DNA of 64,000 bases, taken from Bacteriovoracia bacterium (GTDB lineage Bacteria > Bdellovibrionota > Bacteriovoracia > Bacteriovoracales > Bacteriovoracaceae). Both the position numbers and the translations under genes were made by a program. The DNA is taken from positions 32,001 to 96,000 of the forward strand of contig JBKHVI010000004.1 in assembly GCA_046570105.1 (NCBI GenBank), in the 5' to 3' direction. A model generated the notes under the pieces. The model was not told the origin of the DNA. It was given only the letters and a program-made list of their open reading frames with translations, and searched no databases. Positions 36,697-46,749 of the stretch are shown here, in pieces. Position 1 is the first letter of the stretch, and each line of letters starts with the position of its first letter.

Positions 36697-39110
36697 TCTT
36701 CTTCCTCGCCGCCATAAGGGCACAAAGGTCGAAGGGAGCAATTGGTGCAAATTTCTTTTTCGCGAGGATGCGCTGCAAATACCCGCTCGTTTCTTAGTTT
36801 TTGAACTTGCTCTGATTCAAATTGGGCGTAGCGATCAAGCGCACCCATAACATCATCCCAGGGTTCGGCCCACTTTGCGATGTGCGTATCAATGACAGAA
36901 GCAAGGAAGCTATCTGTAGCTATCCAAGAGTTTTCCATGTCTTTGAAGAACAAGTATCCAACTGCTACTTTGCTATGGGCAGTCAGCACACCTTCTAACT
37001 TCAAAGCGTTGAGATAGAACCAAAGTTGCACCTTCGGGTAACCATCTTCCCAGTTTTTAAAACTAGGATTTTGTCCTTTCGAGCGTTTGAAATCGATGAG
37101 AAATATTTGATCTTGATAAAAGCCAATGCAATCGATTGAACCATTGCGATCCGGTGCCTTCAGGGGTCTTTCAAATTCAAACTTTAGACCTGGGAAAACT
37201 TTCGCCAATTGCTGCAAACGCTGTAAACCATTACGAGCATACAAAGTTGCTTCACTTATAGAGGCAGCTTTTAGCGAAGGTGTGAGCCGTTTACTCCCAG
37301 AACGCGATTCAATTAATTGAACGGCTTCTCTTTGCATATTAGTCTCACTCGCCCAATAAGCTTCTCCTTTGGCCCAGCAAATGGCCAAAAGCTTGTGCTC
37401 GACATCACCAATCGCCATGGCATCAAGCTCTAAGGTACTTTCGACTCGCGGGATAATTTTGGCAATTCTATCGGCGTGATACTTGCGCGGACAATCGAGA
37501 TAGTCTTGTAAACGAGATGCCGAAATATAGGGTAAGTCAGCCGTGCTATTTACAGGAGCAGAAAAGAAATCTCTTTCAAGGATTTTTTGCTTGGGAATTT
37601 CATTTAGGGGAGTATCTATCAAACTAATTTTTTCAAAGATCTTCTTCCAACCTAAATCGTGTTTTAATAATCCTTCTTCAATTAAAAGATAAAGATTTGG
37701 TCTAAGGAGCACCTCAGATAATTCGGCTCGCAGAAATGAAAACTCTAATTCAGGACGACGAACCGGGCCAAGCTTAGCTAAAAGTTTTTCAAGCTGTGGT
37801 GAGAATGGTCGATAATCGCTCTTTAGACCCCCTAAGCTACTATCAATACAAAGGACCGCAGCTCCCTCGCCTGGTAATGCATGTAAATCTTTAAGACTAA
37901 AGACTTGCAACTCTTGCTGATTTTTCATTAAGGGAATCATACTGTTGCGAGGTGAATCCATCGCGGTTACTTCTTGCAACAAATCTAGCAAAAATTGATC
38001 CAGTGGTTGCTGATCAAGTGCATGGGGTATTGCGGACAGCGCTTCTTCGATGACTTGAAGAACCGCGAGTTCGCGGCTCAAGCTAAAATCTTTGGCCGCT
38101 ATAATCTGAGCACGATCCTCGGCGATCCATTGGTTAAGGGCTTCGGCCATTTGAGTTTTAGTTTCAAGGCGAATTTTTTTCTGCCACCGCGAGAAAATCA
38201 CATCACGCGTTTCAGCTAAAATATCAATGGGACGCTTTATAAATATTTCAGCAAAAGGTATTTCTTGAAGCGTTCCTTCACTCAGATTTTTTCCGCCAAG
38301 AATTACATGGGATGCATCAGGTATTTGCTGTTTCCATGCTCGCAAGGCTTGTCCTAAATTACTTCCCACGTGGTAGCTTGCTTGAAGATTTGCAACTGTC
38401 GTCTCAGGTTCTTGAGTATCAAGCACATTCTTCGCTACTAATTTGAGGGCTTCAGGCCAATCAAGTGGGTGGGATTCAGCTAATACTTGTCTTGGCAATG
38501 GAACAATCACTTCCTGACGAATCGCCAAGGCTTCCAAAAAAGAGAGCTGAGCTGGTGTTAAAAAGGTGAAGCCATCAAAAACTAAAACCGCTTGGTCTTG
38601 CCAGTTGATTTCCCCAACTTTTCTCAAAAGTGCTGTTAATTCAAAGAGAGCGGCATGTTCATCCAAAGTACCCGTGGCATGACAGGCCTGGTGGAAAAGC
38701 TGGGCCATCGTGGCCACAGACTCATCAAATTGAAGTAAAATTTCATCCGGCAACTCGGGACCATCTACGTAGGCTCGTAGATCAGAAAAAATTTGATAAG
38801 CAGATTTAAATGAACCGTAGTCCAAATTTTTTCCCGCGGGATGCATGTGACGAAAAGCATTCAACTGCAACAGAAGACGCGATTTTCGCATTGGCCCTTT
38901 AGTCTCAAGGCCTGCTTCTTTAAACAAATCTTGCGTGAAGCGCGAAAGTGTAAGGACATCCGATTTAGGGTGCTTATTCCAGGCCATGCGAAGTGCATCC
39001 GCCTTAGCCGGGTAAGGCGTAATGAACTTAACTCCCTGTTCGGGCAGCAGTTGGGCTTGCAGATGATTAAGAAGTCCACGCTTTGACGCGTAAGTTAAGA
39101 GCGTTAACAT
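36693..39110 (-). CDS. addB: AddB-like PD-(D/E)XK nuclease subunit with degenerate helicase N-terminus
   Basis: SASRLQDYLDCPRKY, GSID..IDFKRS and C-terminal CTNCSLRPLC; no Walker A; start probably 39110. Confidence 0.8.
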   Translation of the reverse strand: MLTLLTYASKRGLLNHLQAQLLPEQGVKFITPYPAKADALRMAWNKHPKSDVLTLSRFTQDLFKEAGLETKGPMRKSRLLLQLNAFRHMHPAGKNLDYGSFKSAYQIFSDLRAYVDGPELPDEILLQFDESVATMAQLFHQACHATGTLDEHAALFELTALLRKVGEINWQDQAVLVFDGFTFLTPAQLSFLEALAIRQEVIVPLPRQVLAESHPLDWPEALKLVAKNVLDTQEPETTVANLQASYHVGSNLGQALRAWKQQIPDASHVILGGKNLSEGTLQEIPFAEIFIKRPIDILAETRDVIFSRWQKKIRLETKTQMAEALNQWIAEDRAQIIAAKDFSLSRELAVLQVIEEALSAIPHALDQQPLDQFLLDLLQEVTAMDSPRNSMIPLMKNQQELQVFSLKDLHALPGEGAAVLCIDSSLGGLKSDYRPFSPQLEKLLAKLGPVRRPELEFSFLRAELSEVLLRPNLYLLIEEGLLKHDLGWKKIFEKISLIDTPLNEIPKQKILERDFFSAPVNSTADLPYISASRLQDYLDCPRKYHADRIAKIIPRVESTLELDAMAIGDVEHKLLAICWAKGEAYWASETNMQREAVQLIESRSGSKRLTPSLKAASISEATLYARNGLQRLQQLAKVFPGLKFEFERPLKAPDRNGSIDCIGFYQDQIFLIDFKRSKGQNPSFKNWEDGYPKVQLWFYLNALKLEGVLTAHSKVAVGYLFFKDMENSWIATDSFLASVIDTHIAKWAEPWDDVMGALDRYAQFESEQVQKLRNERVFAAHPREKEICTNCSLRPLCPYGGEEEE

Positions 39111-39181
39111 GTGGCCATATCTTACCCTGAACATGGCCCGAAAGTACTGACAATCCCCCATCAATATCGTATTTTGACACG

Positions 39182-40033
39182 ATGTTAAAACCTAGCCGTC
39201 TCTATAGTTTTCTTGATCCTAAAAGTGGCTTTGCGCTTCACTTTCTAGATGGTCAAAAACTCATCTATGATCTTGCCTTGATCCACACTTTCAAGGGTGC
39301 TGGTTTTGCTTTCTTTCGAGATATGGTTTTGAGTTTTATGCCCATGATCAGCTTTCTGAAGCCAGGCGAAAATTTAGGAATTTATGTTGATAGTGAAGAA
39401 CCCTACTTTCGACTCAAAATTGAGACCAGCTTTGGTGGTCAAACACGCACACTGCTCCTTCCGGAAAATTTCTCTGAATTTCCTATTAAGTTAAGTGGAG
39501 CGGCACGGGTCACTAAACAGTTTCCAGGTGGAAGAGCGCCCTATACTTCAGTGGTAAGTTTTAAAGAAACTGATAGCAAAGAAGTTATTAACGATATTTT
39601 GCGTACTTCTTATCAAGCCAACTCCGAAATTGTTGTTTCTGATATCGCTGATCAAAGTGTTATGGTGATTAAACTTCCTCCCGTAAATGTGAACAAGAAC
39701 AACGATGAAACACCCTCACTGGAAGAATTTCTTAAAATCAACAAGCCTTTGTTTCAAAATATTTTTGACGAAAATCATAACGATACCGAAAGTGTTGTGA
39801 AAGCATTTGAAAAAAGTCAGTTTGCCTATTTATCAAGTCGTCAGGTTGAGCTGTTCTGTCCTTGTTCCAAAGACAGAATGATCGATAATCTGCGTATGCT
39901 ATATGCCCAAGACGCAGAAGCGCTTTTCGCAGGCAAAGATGAATTGGAAGCCAAGTGTGATTATTGCAAAAAAGCTTACGAGATTACTCGTACCGAGCTT
40001 TCAACTCCACCCTCGCATGGTCCTGTTAATTAA
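39182..40033 (+). CDS. hslO: Hsp33 family redox-regulated chaperone
   Basis: C-terminal CPCS..CDYC zinc motif. Confidence 0.75.
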   Translation: MLKPSRLYSFLDPKSGFALHFLDGQKLIYDLALIHTFKGAGFAFFRDMVLSFMPMISFLKPGENLGIYVDSEEPYFRLKIETSFGGQTRTLLLPENFSEFPIKLSGAARVTKQFPGGRAPYTSVVSFKETDSKEVINDILRTSYQANSEIVVSDIADQSVMVIKLPPVNVNKNNDETPSLEEFLKINKPLFQNIFDENHNDTESVVKAFEKSQFAYLSSRQVELFCPCSKDRMIDNLRMLYAQDAEALFAGKDELEAKCDYCKKAYEITRTELSTPPSHGPVN

Positions 40034-41051
40034 GAAATGGATTGATGATTTTCAACTCTAAACCTTGCTGGCGCGGTCCGCTTAACAAACGTTCAAACAA
40101 CTGCGCTTCTTCGTAAAATCCACAAAAATTTTCAGCGCGGGCCCCTTGAGCAAAGACCGGTATTGATAGTTCGCCTTTACGTACAACTGCATTACTGCCT
40201 TTCAAATCAAATTGCTTCCACTGTGCCCCTTCCTCAGGAAAATCCACATCAATTGAAGCTGCACCGGAAACAATGACTAAGAGATCTTGATAGGTGTTGG
40301 TCAGACGATAAAATCCTTCAATGGCTTTATCAATTTCGCGAAGTGCATCACGTGCTTGATTTATACTTTGTTTTTCTAGAGCGTGCTTGAGTGAAAAATC
40401 TCGAACAACAAAAAGATGTCTGCCAGAGTTGCGTGAAAACTGGCCATAGAGAGAATTTAAAGCTGTATGGAGAGCCGAGCCACAACCGTTGGGTCCACAG
40501 GTTTTGTCCCAATAGGTTTTTCCTGGTCGATAATCTTGCGCCACAACTGGAAGATAACTCTCGGAACCCATAGGCATTGAAGCGCGCATGCTCCACAACA
40601 TACTATCGCCGAGAAAAGCCGCACCATTTTCCCCACAGGCCTTAGAGGCCAAGAGACTTTCTTCATTGCGAGCATCAACTTCCATAATCCCTGTTTTATA
40701 TCCGTTCGCAGAGAGATATCCCCAAACAGGTTTCAAGCGCCAATCCTCGCATGTGCCAGCAATATCTTTTTTCCCCGTTAATTGAGAAAGCATACTGGCC
40801 TGAGCAGTTGGACGAAGACGATAAAGATTAAAACTCCATGCATGACCTGTGCAAAGCGAACCTTCGAGCGCAGTTTGATCAGCGACTGTTGGCAAACCAA
40901 AACGCAGCATCGCCAATTGCTCATGATCAAGGCCTGCGACTTGGAACCAAACAATCTTGGTAGGCTGGCGACCGAATTGATGACGGCGAAGATTGAGACT
41001 TGTGACTTGAGCACATCCCCACACCGCTAAAATGAGCACTAACCACTTCAA
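40026..41051 (-). CDS. Lipoprotein with alkaline-phosphatase-like fold, probably degenerate
   Basis: WGC lipobox-like; KIVWFQVAG, GYKTGI and IPVFAQGARAENFCG resemble AP scaffold motifs but lack DGMG/DSA. Confidence 0.5.
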   Translation of the reverse strand: MKWLVLILAVWGCAQVTSLNLRRHQFGRQPTKIVWFQVAGLDHEQLAMLRFGLPTVADQTALEGSLCTGHAWSFNLYRLRPTAQASMLSQLTGKKDIAGTCEDWRLKPVWGYLSANGYKTGIMEVDARNEESLLASKACGENGAAFLGDSMLWSMRASMPMGSESYLPVVAQDYRPGKTYWDKTCGPNGCGSALHTALNSLYGQFSRNSGRHLFVVRDFSLKHALEKQSINQARDALREIDKAIEGFYRLTNTYQDLLVIVSGAASIDVDFPEEGAQWKQFDLKGSNAVVRKGELSIPVFAQGARAENFCGFYEEAQLFERLLSGPRQQGLELKIINPFLN

Positions 41052-41674
41052 ACAGAAACCTCACTTAATCGAGCCGCATGAACTCGGATTTTCTCTTTCA
41101 CTAAATAGGCGTTAATCATCCGATGAGTGAGAACAATCCACACCGCCATAATGACTTGCGCAGCTATCAAGATACCAGCACGCTGGAAAATCCAATAGAG
41201 AATTGCGACGAGAAATTGTACGACAAGTATACGAGCTACATAGCGTTGAGATTTGTGGTGGACTAAAATTAATCCTGCTCCAGTCAGCCATCCAATCGCA
41301 AAAATATACAGTCCAACTTCAGTCGAGAGAGCATGTCCGGCCAAGGCCCCCAAAATGGGAAGGCGCCACATAATTTTTCGATGTAGCTGAGTAGGTTGAT
41401 CAAGCACTCCCAGGTAAACAAACGCCGGCCAACTTAGTCCCATGATTCCTAAAAATACGCCGTAAATTGAAGGGTAATGAAGCGCGAGATAGACGCCTTT
41501 CCAAGCTAAGGCATCTGTTAGGAGCATCAAACAAAGAGTGAACAAGAAAAGCATTCCCAAGGTACGAACAGTGTCACGAGGAAAACCAAATTGAACGACG
41601 AGAGCAAGCGTATGAACAAGTGTCAGCGTTACTAAAATTAACTGGCCAAAAAAAAGGAAAGAACTGTTCATCAT
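41048..41674 (-). CDS. Hypothetical multi-pass membrane protein
   Basis: About 7 hydrophobic segments; start probably ATG 41674. Confidence 0.7.
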   Translation of the reverse strand: MMNSSFLFFGQLILVTLTLVHTLALVVQFGFPRDTVRTLGMLFLFTLCLMLLTDALAWKGVYLALHYPSIYGVFLGIMGLSWPAFVYLGVLDQPTQLHRKIMWRLPILGALAGHALSTEVGLYIFAIGWLTGAGLILVHHKSQRYVARILVVQFLVAILYWIFQRAGILIAAQVIMAVWIVLTHRMINAYLVKEKIRVHAARLSEVSV

Positions 41675-41776
41675 GGCGCCCAAAATAAAGTATTATAATG
41701 ATTATAAATATTTTTTTTCAGATGTCTTAAAGTCTTTTGCTGCATCGAGTAGCGAAGGCGCCCTTCAGGAGGCCAG

Positions 41777-43780
41777 ATGGAGTCAAGTCTAGAACTAACC
41801 CGCGAGATCATGTGGAATATCCCGACTTGGATGAAAATTGCCATGTATGGAATGTTGGCCGTCGCCACTGGAGTATTCCTTAAAGGCCTGCACGAAAAAT
41901 ATGTTTTTGTGACTCAAGGTAAATCTTTTAAAGAACTTCTTCCGAAAGAACTTAACTTTGCCAATTTGCTTAAAACGATTTTCTTTCAAGGTAAAGTCAC
42001 TCGCTCACCGCTGGTAGCGGTTTATCACACACTCATTTTCTGGGGCTTTATCACTCTCCTGATTGCCACTGAATTTGTGGCGGTACACGCCGACACTCCT
42101 TTTAAAATTTTTAAAGGCCCTGTTTATCAAATCGTCTCTCTCATTGCTGATATCGGTGGGCTTGCCGTTCTTCTTGGTATCGCTGTCGCGTTCTGGCGTC
42201 GCTATATCAAAAAGCCAGACTACTTAAGCGCTACTAAGCCCAAACAAGAACTGTTCATGTACGCCATGCTGGTTGTTCTAATTGTGATTGGCTATGTGCT
42301 TGAAGGTATCCGTCTACATGGAACAGGAATGCCTATCGATGAAAAAATCTGGTCACCCATTGGCTGGATGGTGGCTTCATGCATTCACAGTGTTGGATTA
42401 ACTGATGATACATGGGCAAACATCTATCGTGGAACTTGGTTCTTCCATATGGCGAACACCATGTTCTTTGTCGCCGTTATCCCTTACACCAAGTTCTTTC
42501 ACATTGTAGCCATTCCAATTTCAGCAATCATTACACCGGCCCGTCGTGGCGGCGTTATGAATCCGATGGATTTTAACAATGAGAATGCTGAAACGTTTGG
42601 ACTAGGTAAGACAAGTGAGCTAACGGTCAAAGAGCGCTTCGATACTCTCGCATGTGTTGAGTGTGGTCGTTGTACCCAAGTTTGTCCGGCTAACCTTGCT
42701 GACAAACCACTTAATCCAAAAACCATCGTCACCAAGATGCGCGACACTCTCTTGGCCAACCCTGGTCAGGACGTTAATCTTTGGGAAAATCCCCTCTATG
42801 CCTCGAATGAACTTGATTCATGTACGACCTGTGGAGCGTGCATGGAAGAGTGTCCTTCAAATATTGAGCACGTGCAGATCATTATGGATCTCAAACGCTA
42901 TAAAGCTCTCACTCTCGGTGATCTTCCACCTGCCGCTGCAGATGCGACTAACAAAGTGAAGAAGAACGGGAACCCTTGGGGTATCGCTCAAGAAGACCGC
43001 TTTAACTGGGCGCAGGGTCTTGATGTTCCCGTGATTGAAGCTGGTAAAAAAGTTGATTTCTTGTACTACGTTGGTTGTGCTGGCTCTTATGATGGCTCTA
43101 ACCAAAAAGTTGTAAAAGATACTGTCGCCCTCCTTAAGAAGGCCGGCGTGAGTTTCGCTGTTATGGGTAAAACAGAGAAATGTAATGGTGATCCAGTACG
43201 TCGCTTTGGTGATGAATACTCATTCTATGAAATCGCCATTGAAAACATCGCCAACATGAGACAGTACGAATTTGGTAAAGTAGTGACACATTGCCCGCAT
43301 TGCTTGCACACGATTGGCAAAGAATACGCCAAATTCGATGACGGAGCCTTTGAGACAGTTCACCATACGGAACTGCTGGCCGAACTCCTGCGCAGCGGGA
43401 AACTAAAGCCGGAAAAAGCGATAAACGAAGAAATGACTTTCCATGATCCGTGTTATTTGGGTCGCCACCATGGAGAATACGACGCTCCTCGTGACGTTTT
43501 GACTAGTATTCCTGGTTTAAAGCTCAAAGAAATGGAAAAAAACAAAGATAAGGCCCAGTGCTGTGGAATGGGCGGTGGAAATATGTGGTACGAACTTCCA
43601 GAAGGTCACCACATGGCGGAAAATCGCTTAGAGCAAATCGGTGAAGTATCATCGACGAAACTTGCCACTTCATGCTCGTATTGTATGATTAACTTCAACT
43701 CCTCTAAGGGCACGGTAAAAACCACGGAGAACCTGCAAGTTGAAGACGTGGCCTCACTACTCGCTAAATCAGTTTTATAA
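41777..43780 (+). CDS. Membrane-bound Fe-S oxidoreductase (FadF/HdrD/GlpC-like)
   Basis: TM N-terminus, two CxxCxxCxxxC motifs, CCG domains (FHDPCYLGR, CCGMGGG). Confidence 0.88.
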   Translation: MESSLELTREIMWNIPTWMKIAMYGMLAVATGVFLKGLHEKYVFVTQGKSFKELLPKELNFANLLKTIFFQGKVTRSPLVAVYHTLIFWGFITLLIATEFVAVHADTPFKIFKGPVYQIVSLIADIGGLAVLLGIAVAFWRRYIKKPDYLSATKPKQELFMYAMLVVLIVIGYVLEGIRLHGTGMPIDEKIWSPIGWMVASCIHSVGLTDDTWANIYRGTWFFHMANTMFFVAVIPYTKFFHIVAIPISAIITPARRGGVMNPMDFNNENAETFGLGKTSELTVKERFDTLACVECGRCTQVCPANLADKPLNPKTIVTKMRDTLLANPGQDVNLWENPLYASNELDSCTTCGACMEECPSNIEHVQIIMDLKRYKALTLGDLPPAAADATNKVKKNGNPWGIAQEDRFNWAQGLDVPVIEAGKKVDFLYYVGCAGSYDGSNQKVVKDTVALLKKAGVSFAVMGKTEKCNGDPVRRFGDEYSFYEIAIENIANMRQYEFGKVVTHCPHCLHTIGKEYAKFDDGAFETVHHTELLAELLRSGKLKPEKAINEEMTFHDPCYLGRHHGEYDAPRDVLTSIPGLKLKEMEKNKDKAQCCGMGGGNMWYELPEGHHMAENRLEQIGEVSSTKLATSCSYCMINFNSSKGTVKTTENLQVEDVASLLAKSVL

Positions 43781-45689
43781 GTTCCTTCTTGGGATGGTAC
43801 TCGTCGTACCATCCCTTTTTGCCCAAACTCCGCTAGCCACTCCAAGCTCAACCAAGTATCCCGGTGTTTTCGAAAGTTTCGAAAAGATGATTCAGTTTGA
43901 TGAAACACGCTTTGATGCCAAGGCGAAAGAGCTGAGTGATGCGAACAAAACATTAACTGAACTCAAAGATGTAAATTCAGTCGATATTGATCCTGATTTT
44001 ATGAATTCTTTGATTCTGAACTCTCCTACCGGTTATCTCAGATTAGCTGGACGGGATCGCTGTGCTTTCTACGACACCATGATTACTGATCTTTTGCGTA
44101 CAAAAGAAGGAAAGATTGAGCGCGTTTTCATTCAGTATCAGGATCAAGAAGGTCAGAATATTTCTGCCTCAGTAACGAAAAAAGATTTTCTCGATCGTAT
44201 TGTTTATCAGACTTGTCCCAAAACTCGTGAAACCATTGCTCAGTTTCAAATTAAGGTCATTGATTCAACGATCAAGGCGACTAATTTTGAAATTCCCAGC
44301 AATCGTGAGCAATGTGAATTCATTTTCAATTCTTGGTCGGATGATCCCAAGACTCCCTACTGGTGCCAAATCCATGAACTGCTTGATGAAACATCTCAGT
44401 GGGCCAAAAATCCCTCTCTCCGTAATCCTAAACTAAAAGCTCAACAAGATAATCGCATGGCGATTGCCCGAATTTTACGAAAGAAGATGACTGATACTCA
44501 GCAGGACTACATTCGTAATTTTTGTTCTCATGCCAACAACTCAAAACTCTTTTGCGATGAATTCTTTAGCACTAACTTTTTTGCCAAAGTACTAGATGGG
44601 TCTAAGTCAGATATTTATGTCAAAGATATTTGTCAGAATGCTTTGAACAAAACAGTTTGGTCTCCTGCAGTTCTTAAAGAATGTGTGCGAAAACTTAAAG
44701 ACGATCAAGATGCCTGTATGTGGGGTGATTTTGAAACCACTGGACTTTCTCCACGACCACGCTGTGACCATCTATCGCTCGCACTTAATTATTCAGGCCT
44801 AGAGGCCAACTACCAAGATTGTCCGCGCTATTCAGATCATCAGGGTGTAACAAATATTTCGCGTCTTCTTCGTCATCTCGATAAACCACCGGTCTTACCT
44901 TACACCGGATTCTGTTCATCTATTGTGGCCGGGACTGTTTTTGAATTCAATCGCCGCTACGGTAATGAGGATCAATGGAAAGCGGCTGTTTGCTATATGG
45001 ATCGCGTGGAAGAAAAGGAACGATGCCTTCCTGTCTTCTACGGTGACTACGGTAGCTCGGCTGCCTCACTCACTAAAGTCGTTGCAGAAGTTCTCTATCG
45101 CACCAAAGGTGCTTCCAAAGACGTCACATGTAAGATTGTTCGCCAGAGTATCTGGAACCCCAACTTGTTGGAGTATCGCTACGGCTGTCACATTCTTTTT
45201 GATGAAAACAACTGTGGTCTAGGCCAATGTGCCCACAAAGTTGTTTATAATGAAAAAGAAATCAAAGGACTCAAGGTTCGCGAAGGTCTTTCGATGGACT
45301 ACTTCCCTACTAATTTGACGAATGAAAAATATAGTCAGACCTATATACTACAAAAAGATGCCCTCAAGAAGATGAAGAGCATTCAAACACTGACTTCGCT
45401 TAAGGCATTCTTCAAAGAGAATACGAGCGGAGTGCTGCACGGTATAGGTTGTGCCGAAGATCTTTTGCCTACCTTCTTTAAGAAGAGAAATTTTAATCAG
45501 TGCTCACCACTCCCTTTTACCGTGGATGGAGTTATTGCTGAAGGTGATCGTGTGGTGCTTGTCACTCGCTCTGCTGCCGATAGTTTACATGCACCTCGCT
45601 TGATTTCGTGGAGTCTAATATATTCTGCTGTTCGTACTTATCAGCATCATCACCCCATCAAACAATGGACGTTGAATGCGATATATTAA
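43740..45689 (+). CDS. Large secreted Cys-rich hypothetical protein
   Basis: 649-aa ORF, signal-like N-terminus (..SLFA|Q), 20 Cys; start uncertain (TTG 43740 or ATG 43794). Confidence 0.7.
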   Translation: MKTWPHYSLNQFYKFLLGMVLVVPSLFAQTPLATPSSTKYPGVFESFEKMIQFDETRFDAKAKELSDANKTLTELKDVNSVDIDPDFMNSLILNSPTGYLRLAGRDRCAFYDTMITDLLRTKEGKIERVFIQYQDQEGQNISASVTKKDFLDRIVYQTCPKTRETIAQFQIKVIDSTIKATNFEIPSNREQCEFIFNSWSDDPKTPYWCQIHELLDETSQWAKNPSLRNPKLKAQQDNRMAIARILRKKMTDTQQDYIRNFCSHANNSKLFCDEFFSTNFFAKVLDGSKSDIYVKDICQNALNKTVWSPAVLKECVRKLKDDQDACMWGDFETTGLSPRPRCDHLSLALNYSGLEANYQDCPRYSDHQGVTNISRLLRHLDKPPVLPYTGFCSSIVAGTVFEFNRRYGNEDQWKAAVCYMDRVEEKERCLPVFYGDYGSSAASLTKVVAEVLYRTKGASKDVTCKIVRQSIWNPNLLEYRYGCHILFDENNCGLGQCAHKVVYNEKEIKGLKVREGLSMDYFPTNLTNEKYSQTYILQKDALKKMKSIQTLTSLKAFFKENTSGVLHGIGCAEDLLPTFFKKRNFNQCSPLPFTVDGVIAEGDRVVLVTRSAADSLHAPRLISWSLIYSAVRTYQHHHPIKQWTLNAIY

Positions 45690-46749
45690 ATGCCTTATAA
45701 TTTTTAGTTTAATTACAATTCCGGCCTATGCCCGCATTGAGTTGCCACGTTTTGCAGCTAAGCAGGCGCTAGAAAACATTAGGTTTGTTTCTCAAGATGG
45801 CCGCTTTACTTATACCCAGAAGCGCTCTGGCGCCTTAACACTTTCCACCAGCTTCAAAAGTAATGATGTCATTGAAAGTTCCCCTGGTTCCAATTATTAC
45901 GTGACAGCTTCGAGCGCACGAAAAAAAATGCTCATCGAAATTGAAACGGCTTGGCATCAAACCCTCGACCTTACCAAGTTAAATGACATTCACGTGGGAA
46001 CCTTTAATGGAACTCAATTTGCACTTATTGGAAAAGGCCGTGCTCCCCGACTTCACCTCGATGATGAATGGGCGACATGGTACGACCCTAAAGAGAAAGT
46101 CATTCACGTACACTTTTTAAAGTCTTCTGAAAGGCATCACGTCATTCGCTTAGGAAAAAAACACAATCCGTTCTATACGCCCGACGTGATTATGCTTAAT
46201 CCTGAGACTGTGCTTTATACCGATATCAACGACAAAGGGTTCGCTGCACTATTGGCGTGGAATCTCGTGGAGAAAAGACTCACTGTTATCCGCAAGGCTG
46301 AGCAAAATGGAACTCGCATGGAGTTGTGTCGCCGAGGCAACTATGCCGCTCTTGGCGAATTCTCTTATGATGATGCCAACAGAGGAACACATGTCCAAGT
46401 GATGGCATGGAAAAATAATCCCAGTCTGGCCGGTTTTACTACGCTTTATCGTGTTTCGGACAACGATATTGGAAATATGATCTGTACGGATGGAAAAATC
46501 TGGTTCGTGAAAACTATGTCAGAAGATCGCAAACTTAATACTAAAGTTACCGAAGCCGTTACTTTGGAATTGGCGACCGGCAAAATCACACAGAAAAGTG
46601 AACTCGAACGTGTTACCCAGCTTATTGAAATGGATGGCCGAGTACTCATACCATTTAGGGAAGAAACATTTGTCCTAGAAGGTAATCCTGGTAGCAAAGC
46701 GGACATCCTCAAACAGCCAGATCGCACACCCATAAAGGCATCTCCATGA
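45676..46749 (+). CDS. Secreted hypothetical protein, possibly beta-propeller
   Basis: Signal peptide (AYA|R), SQDGRF blade-like motif, beta-rich; overlaps both neighbours. Confidence 0.65.
   Translation: MRYIKCLIIFSLITIPAYARIELPRFAAKQALENIRFVSQDGRFTYTQKRSGALTLSTSFKSNDVIESSPGSNYYVTASSARKKMLIEIETAWHQTLDLTKLNDIHVGTFNGTQFALIGKGRAPRLHLDDEWATWYDPKEKVIHVHFLKSSERHHVIRLGKKHNPFYTPDVIMLNPETVLYTDINDKGFAALLAWNLVEKRLTVIRKAEQNGTRMELCRRGNYAALGEFSYDDANRGTHVQVMAWKNNPSLAGFTTLYRVSDNDIGNMICTDGKIWFVKTMSEDRKLNTKVTEAVTLELATGKITQKSELERVTQLIEMDGRVLIPFREETFVLEGNPGSKADILKQPDRTPIKASP

Noticed and set aside
33430..39110. Cas4-like or defence-system interpretation of the Fe-S PD-(D/E)XK domains
   Set aside because: The domains are fused to a UvrD helicase pair in addB-addA order, with no CRISPR or cas context
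39138..39161. sigma32-like CCGAAA..CCCCAT upstream of hslO
   Set aside because: Poor -35 and short spacer; a sigma70-type leaderless arrangement fits as well
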